From Alphaproteobacteria bacterium (GTDB taxonomy: Bacteria > Pseudomonadota > Alphaproteobacteria > CAAHEQ01 > UBA3637): a stretch of 64,000 nucleotides of DNA. Where the stretch lies: positions 2,241-66,240 of the forward strand of contig JAZKXR010000007.1 in the NCBI GenBank assembly GCA_045611705.1. Reading direction: 5' to 3'. Numbering within the stretch: the stretch's first letter is position 1; the number at the start of each line of letters is the position of its first letter. Positions 30,556 to 40,151 of this stretch are shown in pieces. The translations under genes were made by a program, and so were the position numbers. The notes under the pieces are model-generated. The model had not been told where the DNA came from. It ran no database searches and saw only the letters and a list, made by a program, of their open reading frames with translations.

Positions 30556-30963
30556 TCATTTGTCAAGGAAAATTTTCCTTTTTTCTTTTTTTAAGGTTAA
30601 ATACAGTTGATAGGGTGTCCAAATTTTTGGATTTGTCAGTCCCAAAAAACGTTTGACTGTTTCCACACAGGTCGTGGGTCTGAGGTGAAAGGAAATTTTT
30701 TCGGGTACATTCAAAGTCGTGCGTATTAAACGGTATCCTTTGTTTTTTAAAATTTGGGGAGCATGTCGTTGATGCATTAAAATTAAATCGGTATAATGCA
30801 TCACCGGATCAATTAAAATCCATTCAAAGCCATTGCCGATTAAAAGAGCACAATGATAAAAGCCTTTTTTTAAAAAACGGGTCCACCAATGTGTGGGATT
30901 GCCACCAAAGGCCACATAAGCAAAAGGAAAACGATAAGCGTTTACGGATGGTATGTAAATCAT
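30556..30963 (-). CDS. hypothetical phage early protein
   Basis: ORF between the repressor-proximal region and the portal gene. Confidence 0.3.
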   Translation of the reverse strand: MIYIPSVNAYRFPFAYVAFGGNPTHWWTRFLKKGFYHCALLIGNGFEWILIDPVMHYTDLILMHQRHAPQILKNKGYRLIRTTLNVPEKISFHLRPTTCVETVKRFLGLTNPKIWTPYQLYLTLKKEKRKIFLDK

Positions 30964-30978
30964 GTCAAACTCCTTTAT

Positions 30979-31338
30979 TTATGTGGCATAAACAATTCCT
31001 TTTTGTTTTAATAAATTGCCCAAAAATTTTAATCCTTCATACCACAGACGACAAATTTTTGGTGCATCACCGAAATGTTCGTGTGGTGGAACTTGGGCAA
31101 AGCCGTATTTGGCCAAAACTTTCAAATGTTCGGCTTTTAAGGTGCCGTTTTGCATCAATCTTTTAACGGCAATGGCGATATCGGCCGATTCGCACGGGCG
31201 TGCAATTTTGGATTCTCCTCCATGGCTTCTTTCGTGTTTTAAATTTTCGCATAAACAGTACCAAAACCACGCCTCTTCACTGGAAGAAAAAGGTGTTGTT
31301 TGTCTGTTATCAACGGATGATAGATATTTATTCTTCAT
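30979..31338 (-). CDS. hypothetical phage early protein (Cys/His-containing)
   Basis: First gene transcribed divergently from the repressor; start taken at MKNKYLSS. Confidence 0.3.
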   Translation of the reverse strand: MKNKYLSSVDNRQTTPFSSSEEAWFWYCLCENLKHERSHGGESKIARPCESADIAIAVKRLMQNGTLKAEHLKVLAKYGFAQVPPHEHFGDAPKICRLWYEGLKFLGNLLKQKGIVYAT

Positions 31339-31429
31339 ATTTTTTTCTCCTCGGTTTATAAAAAAGAACAAAACGAGAACTAACATATTTTTTTATGAAT
31401 GTCAAGAGGAAAATAAGAAAAAAATCCTA

Positions 31430-31458
31430 TTGACAAATGCATGGAAATATGTTAAGGT
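31430..31458 (+). promoter_or_regulatory. candidate sigma70 promoter for the repressor gene (TTGACA-17-TAAGGT) in the divergent control region
   Basis: -35 TTGACA at 31430-31435, 17-nt spacer, weak -10; about 30 nt upstream of the repressor ATG. Confidence 0.3.
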
Positions 31459-31488
31459 GGTTTACAACTAAAAAGAGAAAGGAAAAAG

Positions 31489-32124
31489 ATGCAGCTTTCG
31501 TATAATGAAATTTGGCTGGGTTTGGAAAATCTGGCACAAAACAAAGGAATGTCCTTATCGGCGTTGGCACAAAAGGCTGGTTTGGATCCTACTAGTTTTA
31601 ATAAATCTAAGCGAATTGGGGCAGATGGGCGTAAACGTTGGCCGTCCACCGAAAGTATGAATAAAGTTTTAAAGGCTACCAACACCACGGTTTTTGAATT
31701 TATGGAATTGGCGGGGCAGCCTTGTCCAATGCCAAAAAATATGATTCCTTTGTTGGGATTGGCTAAAGCGGGACGGGAAGGTTACTTTGATTCGGACGGT
31801 TGGCCGATTTTGACAGACGATTGGGATGCTGTTGAATTTCCCTTAACGATTGATAAGCGGGTTTATGCTTTGGAGGTTTCGGGTAATAGTATGGAGCCTG
31901 TCTATCGTGAAGGTGATAAATTGATTGTAGCACCTGATTCGGAAATCCGTCGTGGCGATCGTGTAATTGCCAAAACAACATCAGGTGAAGTGATGGTTAA
32001 AGAGTTTATTCGTCGTTCCATGAATCAGGTTGAATTAAAATCATTAAATCCGGATTGTGATGATGTATTGATAAAACCGGCTGATATTAAATGGATTGCA
32101 CGCGTTATTTGGGTTAGCCAATAG
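31489..32124 (+). CDS. CI/LexA-like S24 peptidase transcriptional repressor (HTH plus autocleaving C-terminal domain)
   Basis: N-terminal XRE-type HTH (GMSLSALAQKAGL), C-terminal EVSGNSMEP...K motifs of S24. Confidence 0.8.
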   Translation: MQLSYNEIWLGLENLAQNKGMSLSALAQKAGLDPTSFNKSKRIGADGRKRWPSTESMNKVLKATNTTVFEFMELAGQPCPMPKNMIPLLGLAKAGREGYFDSDGWPILTDDWDAVEFPLTIDKRVYALEVSGNSMEPVYREGDKLIVAPDSEIRRGDRVIAKTTSGEVMVKEFIRRSMNQVELKSLNPDCDDVLIKPADIKWIARVIWVSQ

Positions 32125-32211
32125 TTTTTCTTTTTGATTTTTTTGCTTGCAATTGATGTGAAAGTATGCTAAACATCAAACAGTTTTGATATAATTTACA
32201 AGGAGTCAAGT

Positions 32212-32748
32212 ATGAAAAAATTAGGGATTTTTGGAATTTTAACAATGTTTGTTACATCGCTTCGTGCAAATCCCGCCTGTACCACCTTGTGTCCGTTGGT
32301 TTTAGGTGCCTCTTTGGGGATTGCCCGAAAATTGGGCGTAAAGGACGAAGTGGTCGGTGTTTTATTTGGTGCTTTGTTGGTTATTTTAGGATATTGGTTT
32401 ATTCGCTTTTTTGAAAAAAGAAATTGGAATTTTAAAGGCCGGAATTTTTTATTGATGGCTTTGTCTTTATCAACGGTGGGCTTTGTTTATTTAAACACAT
32501 TGACCTATAAACCTATGCTTCATTGGCATTTGCTCTATATTGATTCGTTTTTGTTAGCCACCTTATGTGGAGCATTGGCGCATATTGGGGGTGTTCATTT
32601 ATATGCTTGGATGAAGGAAAAAAATGGTGGGCATGCCCATTTTCCCTTTGAAAAAGTATTGGTACCCATTTTATGTGATGCTTTGGTGTGTTATCTTTTC
32701 TGGGGAACTAGTTTGTGTGATTGTCAAGAAGTCTTTATTTTGAATTAA
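32212..32748 (+). CDS. polytopic membrane protein, unknown function
   Basis: 4 to 5 hydrophobic helices; AAGGAG RBS; extended -10 TGaTATAAT upstream. Confidence 0.35.
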   Translation: MKKLGIFGILTMFVTSLRANPACTTLCPLVLGASLGIARKLGVKDEVVGVLFGALLVILGYWFIRFFEKRNWNFKGRNFLLMALSLSTVGFVYLNTLTYKPMLHWHLLYIDSFLLATLCGALAHIGGVHLYAWMKEKNGGHAHFPFEKVLVPILCDALVCYLFWGTSLCDCQEVFILN

Positions 32749-32759
32749 AGGAGAAAAAA

Positions 32760-33362
32760 ATGATAAAAAAAGCTGAATCAGTTAAAGAATTTGTGGAACG
32801 TGTGGATGCAACCAAAAAGAAAAATCCAAAAGATTTGTCTTCGGATCAGGATCTGACAATTGCTATTATGAATCTTATTTCCATTGAAGAACACTTGATT
32901 TTTTCGGGTGCTAAAACTGGTAAAGACAGTTTTTATGATTTGGTTCAGGATGTGCGTGAATTACGCAAAAATTTGATGTTGCAAATTATTCCAACCTATG
33001 AAGGTGAAGTGTGGTGTATTTCCAAGCATTTGTTGGCCACCAGTATGCGTTTGATGGAAGTGGGAACAAAACAACAATCCATGGGACATAAAGAAAAGGC
33101 CAATCAATTGTTCACTCAGGCCTATGATTTATACTGTTTGTTCTGGGGTTTAAATATGAATTTGGTGGATACCAAAGATATCGCATGGAAACCTGATAAT
33201 TTAGAAGATGTTGAAAAGGAAGTCGCTGAATTAACAAAGGGTGCTCATGTTGCATCTGTTAAGGATGAAAAAAAAGCCATAGCTGAAGTGGCTCCTGCTA
33301 CAGGTGTTTTTGGTAAGTTGAAAGCGGTTGTACGCAAAGCGGTTGATTGTTGTATTGAATAA
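32760..33362 (+). CDS. hypothetical protein
   Basis: AAGGAG RBS; no recognisable motif. Confidence 0.3.
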   Translation: MIKKAESVKEFVERVDATKKKNPKDLSSDQDLTIAIMNLISIEEHLIFSGAKTGKDSFYDLVQDVRELRKNLMLQIIPTYEGEVWCISKHLLATSMRLMEVGTKQQSMGHKEKANQLFTQAYDLYCLFWGLNMNLVDTKDIAWKPDNLEDVEKEVAELTKGAHVASVKDEKKAIAEVAPATGVFGKLKAVVRKAVDCCIE

Positions 33363-33397
33363 TCAACGGTTGTTCGGTGAAAAAGAGGGGGAATCAC

Positions 33398-34363
33398 ATG
33401 AACACACCACAATTTTGCAAAATATTAGATGGCAATGGCGGTGCAAAAAATATTCGCTTGTCAGAAGTGAATCCGCGTTTAAAAAAACCGGTATGGATTC
33501 ATATTGACTATGAAGATGAAGACAATTTACAATGGTTGAAAAGTTTAAAATTTGATGAAACGGTTTTTGAAAACCTGATTGATGCCGATACAACCCCCCG
33601 ATGTTTTCGCCATAAAAAGGGTTTGTTGTTGGTTGTGCGTGGTGTGAATCCTCGAAAGGGTGAAGATGATGATATGATTGCCGTGCGTATTTGGATGACC
33701 CAAAATCGCCTGTTGACTTTATCACACCGTCCTGTTTCTTCCATCAGTAAGATATTGGAAAAATTACGCCGCAAAAGGGGGCCAGAAACAGTGGGGGATT
33801 GTTTGTCGCTTTTATTGTCACAAATGACCAAACAAATAGAGGAAAGTTTTTTTGCCATCAATGATTCTTTGGATGATTTGGAAGAAAAAGTTATTCGTGG
33901 AAACGGCATTCGTCAAGATGAGGGTCTTCGTGAAACGCTCAGTAATCTTCGTTATATGATTGTGGGTTTAAAGCGTTATATTTTACCGCAAAGGGATGTG
34001 ATGCATTTGTTGGAAAAAACAGATTTTCTTTTTTTCTCCGAGGCAAATTTGGCACGGTTTAGTGAAAATGCACGCGATTTGACGGCGGTTGTGGATGGCT
34101 TGGAATTTGCCAAAGATCACTCGAAATTAACACAGGAAGAACTGGATTCGCAAACAAATATTAATATCAGCCGAACCATGTACTTGATGAGTTTGGTAAT
34201 GGTTATTTTTACACCGCTTACATTTGTGACGGGGTTGTTGGGGGCCAATATTGGGGGTATACCATTCAGCGATAACCCCTATGGGTTTGCTTTTATTTGT
34301 GCAATATTGTTGTGTATGGTCGTATTTCAATTATATTTAATCAAACGCATCAAGTGGTTTTAA
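33398..34363 (+). CDS. zntB: CorA/ZntB-family divalent metal transporter
   Basis: Soluble N-terminal domain, two C-terminal TM helices with GANIGG motif (ZntB-like variant of GMN). Confidence 0.65.
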   Translation: MNTPQFCKILDGNGGAKNIRLSEVNPRLKKPVWIHIDYEDEDNLQWLKSLKFDETVFENLIDADTTPRCFRHKKGLLLVVRGVNPRKGEDDDMIAVRIWMTQNRLLTLSHRPVSSISKILEKLRRKRGPETVGDCLSLLLSQMTKQIEESFFAINDSLDDLEEKVIRGNGIRQDEGLRETLSNLRYMIVGLKRYILPQRDVMHLLEKTDFLFFSEANLARFSENARDLTAVVDGLEFAKDHSKLTQEELDSQTNINISRTMYLMSLVMVIFTPLTFVTGLLGANIGGIPFSDNPYGFAFICAILLCMVVFQLYLIKRIKWF

Positions 34364-35023
34364 TCACCAGTTTTTGCACAAAGCCTGTGTTTTTTCATAA
34401 GATTCCGGCGTATCAATTTGAGCCTGTTTTTTTGCAATTGTTTGATTGATATGCCTTAAAAGAGGTTCTAATTCAGTAATCACTTGCTTTGTTTGTTTTT
34501 CAATCACCTTGGTTATATCTTTTTCCGATGTAACGATTTGTGGGCGCAAATTTGAAATAATCTCATGGATTTTTGCCTCAATATCTGGTCTGAAAAATAA
34601 CATAGCCTGTTGTGCAACGGCAACGTGATGGTTTTCATGTTCGCGAATGACTTCGTATTCGCATGAACCAGGCTTATATTTTTTATCAATATATACTTTT
34701 AATCCGTCTTTTTCATAGCCCATTTTAAAAGCCAAAGCATCCAAACTGACACAGATTTGTTTGCCTTGACGTTCAATTTTGGGTTGAGCTTTGCCGGCAA
34801 TTGAGATGCTTAAATCGGCCACTGTCAAGCCCAAGGTATTTGGGGAAACCTTGTATTTTTTTCCCTGAATGAAATCAGATCTGGATAGCGTGGTAATATA
34901 TTTGACATTTCCGGGATTCGTTGTAATTTGAACGCGGGTGGAAATTTTATCGCAAAACGCACTTGCATTTTGGGATAAAAACAGCGATAATATCGCACAG
35001 AGTATAATTTTTTTGTTCATCAT
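34364..35023 (-). CDS. secreted DUF922-like putative Zn-dependent peptidase
   Basis: Signal peptide; HENHH (HExxH) motif. Confidence 0.4.
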   Translation of the reverse strand: MMNKKIILCAILSLFLSQNASAFCDKISTRVQITTNPGNVKYITTLSRSDFIQGKKYKVSPNTLGLTVADLSISIAGKAQPKIERQGKQICVSLDALAFKMGYEKDGLKVYIDKKYKPGSCEYEVIREHENHHVAVAQQAMLFFRPDIEAKIHEIISNLRPQIVTSEKDITKVIEKQTKQVITELEPLLRHINQTIAKKQAQIDTPESYEKTQALCKNW

Positions 35024-35052
35024 AATTTAATACTAGCACAAAGGAAAACAAA

Positions 35053-35850
35053 ATGCAAAGAATAATTTCATGGAATGTTGCATCGGTCAGATCCAGAATG
35101 CCTGTTTTGGAAAAATTTTTAAAAGAATATCAACCAGATATTGTGTTTTTACAGGAAATAAAAGCCACCGAAGAAAATTTTCCATTTATGGTCTTTAAGG
35201 CTTTGGGATATGATGCTGTTATTTCTGGACAAAAAGGTTATAACGGTGTGGCTTTTTTGTCAAAAATACCATTGACAGATGTTGTTTGTGAATTGCCAAA
35301 TGGTCCTGAATCCGATCCGTTTCAGGCGCGTTTTATTCAGGCTTGTCTGCCTGATGGCAAGATAATTATTTGTGTCTATGCACCAAACGGTGCTCCGCCG
35401 ATGAATAATCCGACCGATACATCACGTTTGGAATTTAAGCTTAAATGGTTTACTGCCTTAACAAAACATATTCAAAATTTGATTCAATCAGGGCATCAAA
35501 TTATTTTGGGTGGTGATTTTAATGTAATAGAGCGAGATACGGATGTTTATAACGCCAAATCCTTTGATGGCAGTGCTTTGATTGTTCCGCCAGTTCGCCA
35601 AGTGTTTGAACAATTAAATCAAACAGGAATTAAAAACATGATTCGCCAATTTAACCCAAAGGAAAAGACATATTCGTTTTGGGATTTTCAAATGGGGGCA
35701 TGGCCGCGAAATTTGGGTATTTTGTTGGATTTTTTCTTTGTGTCACCGGATTTGGAAGAACAGGTTGAAAAGGCTCTGATTTATCGTGAAGTGCGTGGAT
35801 GGGAAAAAACTTCGGACCATGCCCCGATCGGATTGGAAATAAAAACGTAA
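35053..35850 (+). CDS. xthA: exodeoxyribonuclease III
   Basis: MQRIISWNV...FLQEIKA start; C-terminal SDHAP motif. Confidence 0.85.
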   Translation: MQRIISWNVASVRSRMPVLEKFLKEYQPDIVFLQEIKATEENFPFMVFKALGYDAVISGQKGYNGVAFLSKIPLTDVVCELPNGPESDPFQARFIQACLPDGKIIICVYAPNGAPPMNNPTDTSRLEFKLKWFTALTKHIQNLIQSGHQIILGGDFNVIERDTDVYNAKSFDGSALIVPPVRQVFEQLNQTGIKNMIRQFNPKEKTYSFWDFQMGAWPRNLGILLDFFFVSPDLEEQVEKALIYREVRGWEKTSDHAPIGLEIKT

Positions 35851-35928
35851 AAAAAATAACAAAAATATATTTTTTTCTTTTCTTTTTGTTTTAATTGGGC
35901 TAATATATAAAAAAAGGGAGATGAAAAT

Positions 35929-36222
35929 ATGCGGGAACCCATTTTAAAAGCAGTTTGTATGCCTCCCAGACTTTTCTGGGCACCGGCCATTGTGGCCGGG
36001 GCAAACCTGATTGTCCAATTTTCATTGATGTTGATGTGGGTTGGTTTAACGGGCAGATCTTTGATGCCGTTTATTATCAGCATTCCTATTGCACATGCTA
36101 TTATTGCTGCTTGGGGTAAAAAAGAACCGCATCTTTCCAAAATGTTGGTTTCATGGGGACGTTCAGGTCCGACATCCACAAAAAATATTTATCGTTGTCG
36201 TGGAACAAAATTTGCACCATAA
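35929..36222 (+). CDS. virB3: type IV secretion system protein VirB3
   Basis: 97 aa, two TM segments, AAGGGAG RBS, directly upstream of virB4. Confidence 0.7.
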   Translation: MREPILKAVCMPPRLFWAPAIVAGANLIVQFSLMLMWVGLTGRSLMPFIISIPIAHAIIAAWGKKEPHLSKMLVSWGRSGPTSTKNIYRCRGTKFAP

Positions 36223-36231
36223 AGGAATGAT

Positions 36232-38667
36232 ATGAATCTAGATGCCGGAATTTTTGATTACATTGTAACAACAGCCACAGCCCCGTCTATGATCGTGGTT
36301 ATTTTTGGTGTTTTGGCAGCATTGTTTTTGATTTTTGTTTTTATTTCTAAATTCGGTGAATTGGTTTTGCCAAAGCCTGTTGAAACTCGTTTGGCAAACT
36401 TTTTGCCCTTTGATTATTTGGATGAAGATGGTGCGACAATTCATTTGCATAACGGTGGGCTTGCTCGTGTTTTTGAAGTTAAAGGTGCCGATACAACTTT
36501 GGTGTTGCCCGAAGATCGTGAAGTTTTAATGGAAGCACGAAAACGTTGGATTGATTCAATGGTTGAATTACAGGTTGTTGCCCGTGTCGTGACTTTGCGT
36601 GAAAAAGTGGAATTAAAAGAACCGGAAGCTTATAAAGACAATAAGTTGTTAAAAGGCGTTGCCGAACTTTGGATGGAAAATTTAAATCGTATTTTTAATA
36701 ATAAGCATTATATTGTTTTGTCCATCAATGACCGTAAAGATGCCATGAAAGATTTAGATCAGGCTTGTGGTGCTTTGACCAGTATTATGGATGTGTATGA
36801 ACCGAAATTGCTCAGCGAAAAAAACAATGCAAATAATGAAGATAAAAGTCCGTTTTGGTTGTTTGCAAAAATGATCAGCCCTTTGTCCCGCCCAAAACCG
36901 GTGGTTCATTTTGAAAAAAAAGATCGTTTAAATGATTTACTAACCGCTGATTATGTTCATTTTACAAAAGATGACGGTTTGATACGATATTTTAACGGCA
37001 ATCGTGAAAAACTGTCCATCACAATGGGGATTCGCAAACCCGGTGATTTTATGGATGAACAAATGATTGCCGATTTTTTAAGTTTGGATATAGAATTGAC
37101 TTTATTGCATAATATTAAAGGCGTTCCCAGTTTTAAAATTATGCCCGTTGTAATGCAACAACAAAAAATGGCCTATTATACAAGCTTTTCACAAAACGTT
37201 GTTGAACAGTTTGAAGAGGCTAAACAGGCGTTGGATTCCAATGATGTCAATGCCCAAAGTTGGAATGAATACGCACTTAGCATTATTTTATATGGTGAAA
37301 GTTTGGAAGAATTGAAATTTGGTCAGGAGGAAGTGGAACGTATTTGTCGTATGTATAACGTGACTCCTGTTCGTGACGGTTGGGCGACTCAGGCAGTGTT
37401 TTTCAGCCAATTTCCAACCTTTGATATTTATCCCAGAACATACCAGCATTTATCACGTGTTGTGGCCTGTGCAACAATGATTGATAAAGCCCCGATGGGA
37501 CGCACAAAATCCGATTGGGGACCGGTTCCTATCAGTTGGTTCAGAACGATTACAGGCACCCCCTATGCATTCCAATTTCATGTATCCGAAGAACCCTATG
37601 CTGTGGCTCATACGGCCTTGATTGGTCCGACCGGGCAAGGTAAAACAACTTTTTTCAGCTTTATGGCCGGTCAGGCTTTGCGTATTCCTGATTTAAATAC
37701 ATACTTTTTTGACCGCAATAACGGTGCCAAAGTTTTTGCCATTATGAATGGGGCTCCTTATGTGCGTTTTGATGGTGGCGAAGAATCTGTTTCATTAAAT
37801 CCGTTTGCCATTCCCGACACACCGGATAACCGTTCTTTTTTAAGAATGTGGGTGCGTGATATTACCGGTGGGAATGATGCTGTATCAGAAGCCGAAATCG
37901 CCCGTGCGGTCACAACGGCCTTTGAATATTTGCCCCAAAATGAAAGATTGTTAAAAAATTTATATAAATCCTGTTTTGCCCCCAACAGCTTTATGCGTCG
38001 TGAACTCAATCGTTGGATTGATACGGATCAATATGGTCGTATTTTTAATTCACCAACGGATAATTTGGATATTGACAGCCGTTATATGTGCTTTGATTTT
38101 ACCACGATATTCCAAGATCCCATATTGGCACCGGCCGTGATTAGCTATGTGATGCACCGAATTCAAACACTTTCTACGATCAAAGGCACGCCCAGTATGA
38201 TTATGATCGACGAAACGGCCCCGATGTTGGAACATCCCATGTTTAAGGACAGCTTTATTGTCGGTTTGCGGGAAGGTCGTAAAAAACGTCAGGCTTATTT
38301 ATGTGCGTTCCAGCAACCCAAATTTTTGGATGAAAACGGTTTGGGGGATGTGATTCGCGGTCAATGTCAAACGGTTATCTTTTTCCGTAACCCACAGGCC
38401 AACGAATCGGATTATGCCACATGGAACCTTTCACCACGCGAAATGAACTTTATTTTGGGTAAAGAATTTACGGACCGCAAATATGCCATTTTGGTGTCCC
38501 GTCCCGCTATTCATGAATCGGTTATTTTGGATGTGGATTTGTCTGGTTTAGGTCCATATTTAAAGATTTATTCATCGGGTAATAAAAACGTTTTATTGGC
38601 CGAAAAATTGGCCCGTGAATTATCAGATACAGACCAAATCGTTCAAGAATATCTCAAACGTGCTTGA
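36232..38667 (+). CDS. virB4: type IV secretion system ATPase VirB4
   Basis: 811 aa, N-terminal TM, Walker A GPTGQGKTT, CagE/TrbE/VirB4 architecture. Confidence 0.9.
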   Translation: MNLDAGIFDYIVTTATAPSMIVVIFGVLAALFLIFVFISKFGELVLPKPVETRLANFLPFDYLDEDGATIHLHNGGLARVFEVKGADTTLVLPEDREVLMEARKRWIDSMVELQVVARVVTLREKVELKEPEAYKDNKLLKGVAELWMENLNRIFNNKHYIVLSINDRKDAMKDLDQACGALTSIMDVYEPKLLSEKNNANNEDKSPFWLFAKMISPLSRPKPVVHFEKKDRLNDLLTADYVHFTKDDGLIRYFNGNREKLSITMGIRKPGDFMDEQMIADFLSLDIELTLLHNIKGVPSFKIMPVVMQQQKMAYYTSFSQNVVEQFEEAKQALDSNDVNAQSWNEYALSIILYGESLEELKFGQEEVERICRMYNVTPVRDGWATQAVFFSQFPTFDIYPRTYQHLSRVVACATMIDKAPMGRTKSDWGPVPISWFRTITGTPYAFQFHVSEEPYAVAHTALIGPTGQGKTTFFSFMAGQALRIPDLNTYFFDRNNGAKVFAIMNGAPYVRFDGGEESVSLNPFAIPDTPDNRSFLRMWVRDITGGNDAVSEAEIARAVTTAFEYLPQNERLLKNLYKSCFAPNSFMRRELNRWIDTDQYGRIFNSPTDNLDIDSRYMCFDFTTIFQDPILAPAVISYVMHRIQTLSTIKGTPSMIMIDETAPMLEHPMFKDSFIVGLREGRKKRQAYLCAFQQPKFLDENGLGDVIRGQCQTVIFFRNPQANESDYATWNLSPREMNFILGKEFTDRKYAILVSRPAIHESVILDVDLSGLGPYLKIYSSGNKNVLLAEKLARELSDTDQIVQEYLKRA

Positions 38668-38832
38668 TTTTTTCAATAATAAATTTTAAAAGATAAAATC
38701 AATCACTTGCGTTGTTTAAGTGTTTTCTTGACATTTTTTGATAAATCTGATATAATAATGCCGTTTTGCCGAAGGGGCTGGAAATTTGGCTGCCCCCAGG
38801 CGTTGTTTAAACAATCAAAAAAAGGAAGTAAA

Positions 38833-39036
38833 ATGCCAAAATTAAAGTCCAAAAGCTGCGTCAAAAAGCGTTGCAAATTGACCGCCAGCGGAAAAGTTAA
38901 AGTGGGCCACGTGAATAAACGTCACTTGTTGATGAACCACCCGCACAAACGGGATCGTCAGGCTCGTCGTATGCATACAGCCAGCACAACCGTTGGTCGT
39001 ATCTTAAAATTCTTTATTCACGGGAAAGGAGTGTAA
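38833..39036 (+). CDS. rpmI: 50S ribosomal protein L35
   Basis: MPKLKSKSCVKKRCKLTASGKVK... Confidence 0.85.
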   Translation: MPKLKSKSCVKKRCKLTASGKVKVGHVNKRHLLMNHPHKRDRQARRMHTASTTVGRILKFFIHGKGV

Positions 39037-39039
39037 GCC

Positions 39040-39399
39040 ATGGCAAGAGTCAAACGCGGCACAACTGCCCATGCAAAGCATAAAAAGATTTTGAAAATGG
39101 CCAAAGGTTATCGTGGTCGTAATTCCAAAGTTTTCAGAATTGCTAAAGAAAAGGTGGAAAAAGGTCTGCAATACGCTTATCGCGATCGCAGAAAGAAAAA
39201 GACCGAAATGCGCCAATTGTGGATTGCCCGTATCAATGCGGCCGTCCGTGCAAATGGTATGGTCTATTCAACCTTTATGAACGGTTTGAAAAGAGCCGGC
39301 ATTATGATGGACCGTAAAATGTTGGCCAAAGTGGCTGTGGATGATGCAAAATCATTCGCCACATTGGTTGAAGCGGCCAAAAAAGCCCTCGTTAAATAA
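39040..39399 (+). CDS. rplT: 50S ribosomal protein L20
   Basis: [27 protein letters not shown]... Confidence 0.9.
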   Translation: MARVKRGTTAHAKHKKILKMAKGYRGRNSKVFRIAKEKVEKGLQYAYRDRRKKKTEMRQLWIARINAAVRANGMVYSTFMNGLKRAGIMMDRKMLAKVAVDDAKSFATLVEAAKKALVK

Positions 39400-39483
39400 A
39401 TCGTACGAAAAAATAAACCAGCCCCTGATTTGGGGCTGTTTTTTTCATCAAATCTAAAACCACAGGCATAAGCCGATGTTGTT

Positions 39484-40065
39484 TTATTTTAAATAATCAT
39501 CAACATCAATTGTTTTTTTATCCGCATCTGATGCTTTGAAATAAGTATATTCGGATATATCGCCGGCACATTTGGCAAATAAAGAGCCGGGAAAAATTTG
39601 AGTTTTGTTTTTTAAATCACGCAAAGCGGCATTATAAAAACGGCGGCTGGCGGCTATGTTTTCTTCTGTTTCTGAATAAGCATCCATTGCTTTGGCCATT
39701 GTTTTGTCGGATTTCAATTGTGGATAGTTTTCCACCGAAACAATCAATTGTTTCATCGCGTCTTGCAATTTGACTTCGGCCGTAAAACGTTTCACTGAAC
39801 CAATTGCTTCATTCATTGTTTCTGTTCTGAGTTTTGTGATCTTTGTAAAAATTTCTTTTTCGTGTTGCATAAATTTTTGGGCAATTTTTAACACATTTGG
39901 AATTAAATCCGTCCGTTTTTTTAATTGAACGTCAATGCCTGATAAGGCTTCATCCATTTGGTTGCGTGCTTTTATTACCCCTGTATAGCAAGAATATAAA
40001 TAAACAGATAAAAGAATAAGTAAAGAGATGTATATAATAATCATTTTATTTCCTTTCGGTTGCAC
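39484..40065 (-). CDS. lemA: LemA-family protein
   Basis: N-terminal TM, then LemA pattern (ARNQMDEALSGIDVQLKKRTDLIPNV). Confidence 0.7.
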   Translation of the reverse strand: MQPKGNKMIIIYISLLILLSVYLYSCYTGVIKARNQMDEALSGIDVQLKKRTDLIPNVLKIAQKFMQHEKEIFTKITKLRTETMNEAIGSVKRFTAEVKLQDAMKQLIVSVENYPQLKSDKTMAKAMDAYSETEENIAASRRFYNAALRDLKNKTQIFPGSLFAKCAGDISEYTYFKASDADKKTIDVDDYLK

Positions 40066-40151
40066 ATTTTGTCATGACAGAGTAAATAAAAATATTATGC
40101 TTGTCAAGTATAATATTTTATGATAGATTGTTTTGAAAAAAAGGAGATGGC

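Larger units (their letters stand above)
21611..32124. mobile_element. compact T7-like (podovirus-type) structural/packaging/lysis module with CI-like repressor; candidate defective or domesticated prophage
   Basis: Gene order portal-scaffold-capsid-gp11-gp12-small proteins-large terminase-lysin on the minus strand, with a divergent S24 repressor. No RNAP, DNAP, primase, gp15/gp16, tail fibre or integrase. Confidence 0.6.

Noticed and set aside
31489-32124. S24 repressor as the host SOS regulator LexA
   Set aside because: The N-terminal domain is an XRE/CI-type HTH, not the LexA winged helix. The gene sits divergently at the head of the phage structural module, typical of a phage CI-like repressor.
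35781-36179. 132-aa minus-strand ORF overlapping virB3
   Set aside because: It is antisense to a well-supported virB3 with a good RBS and has no independent signals.
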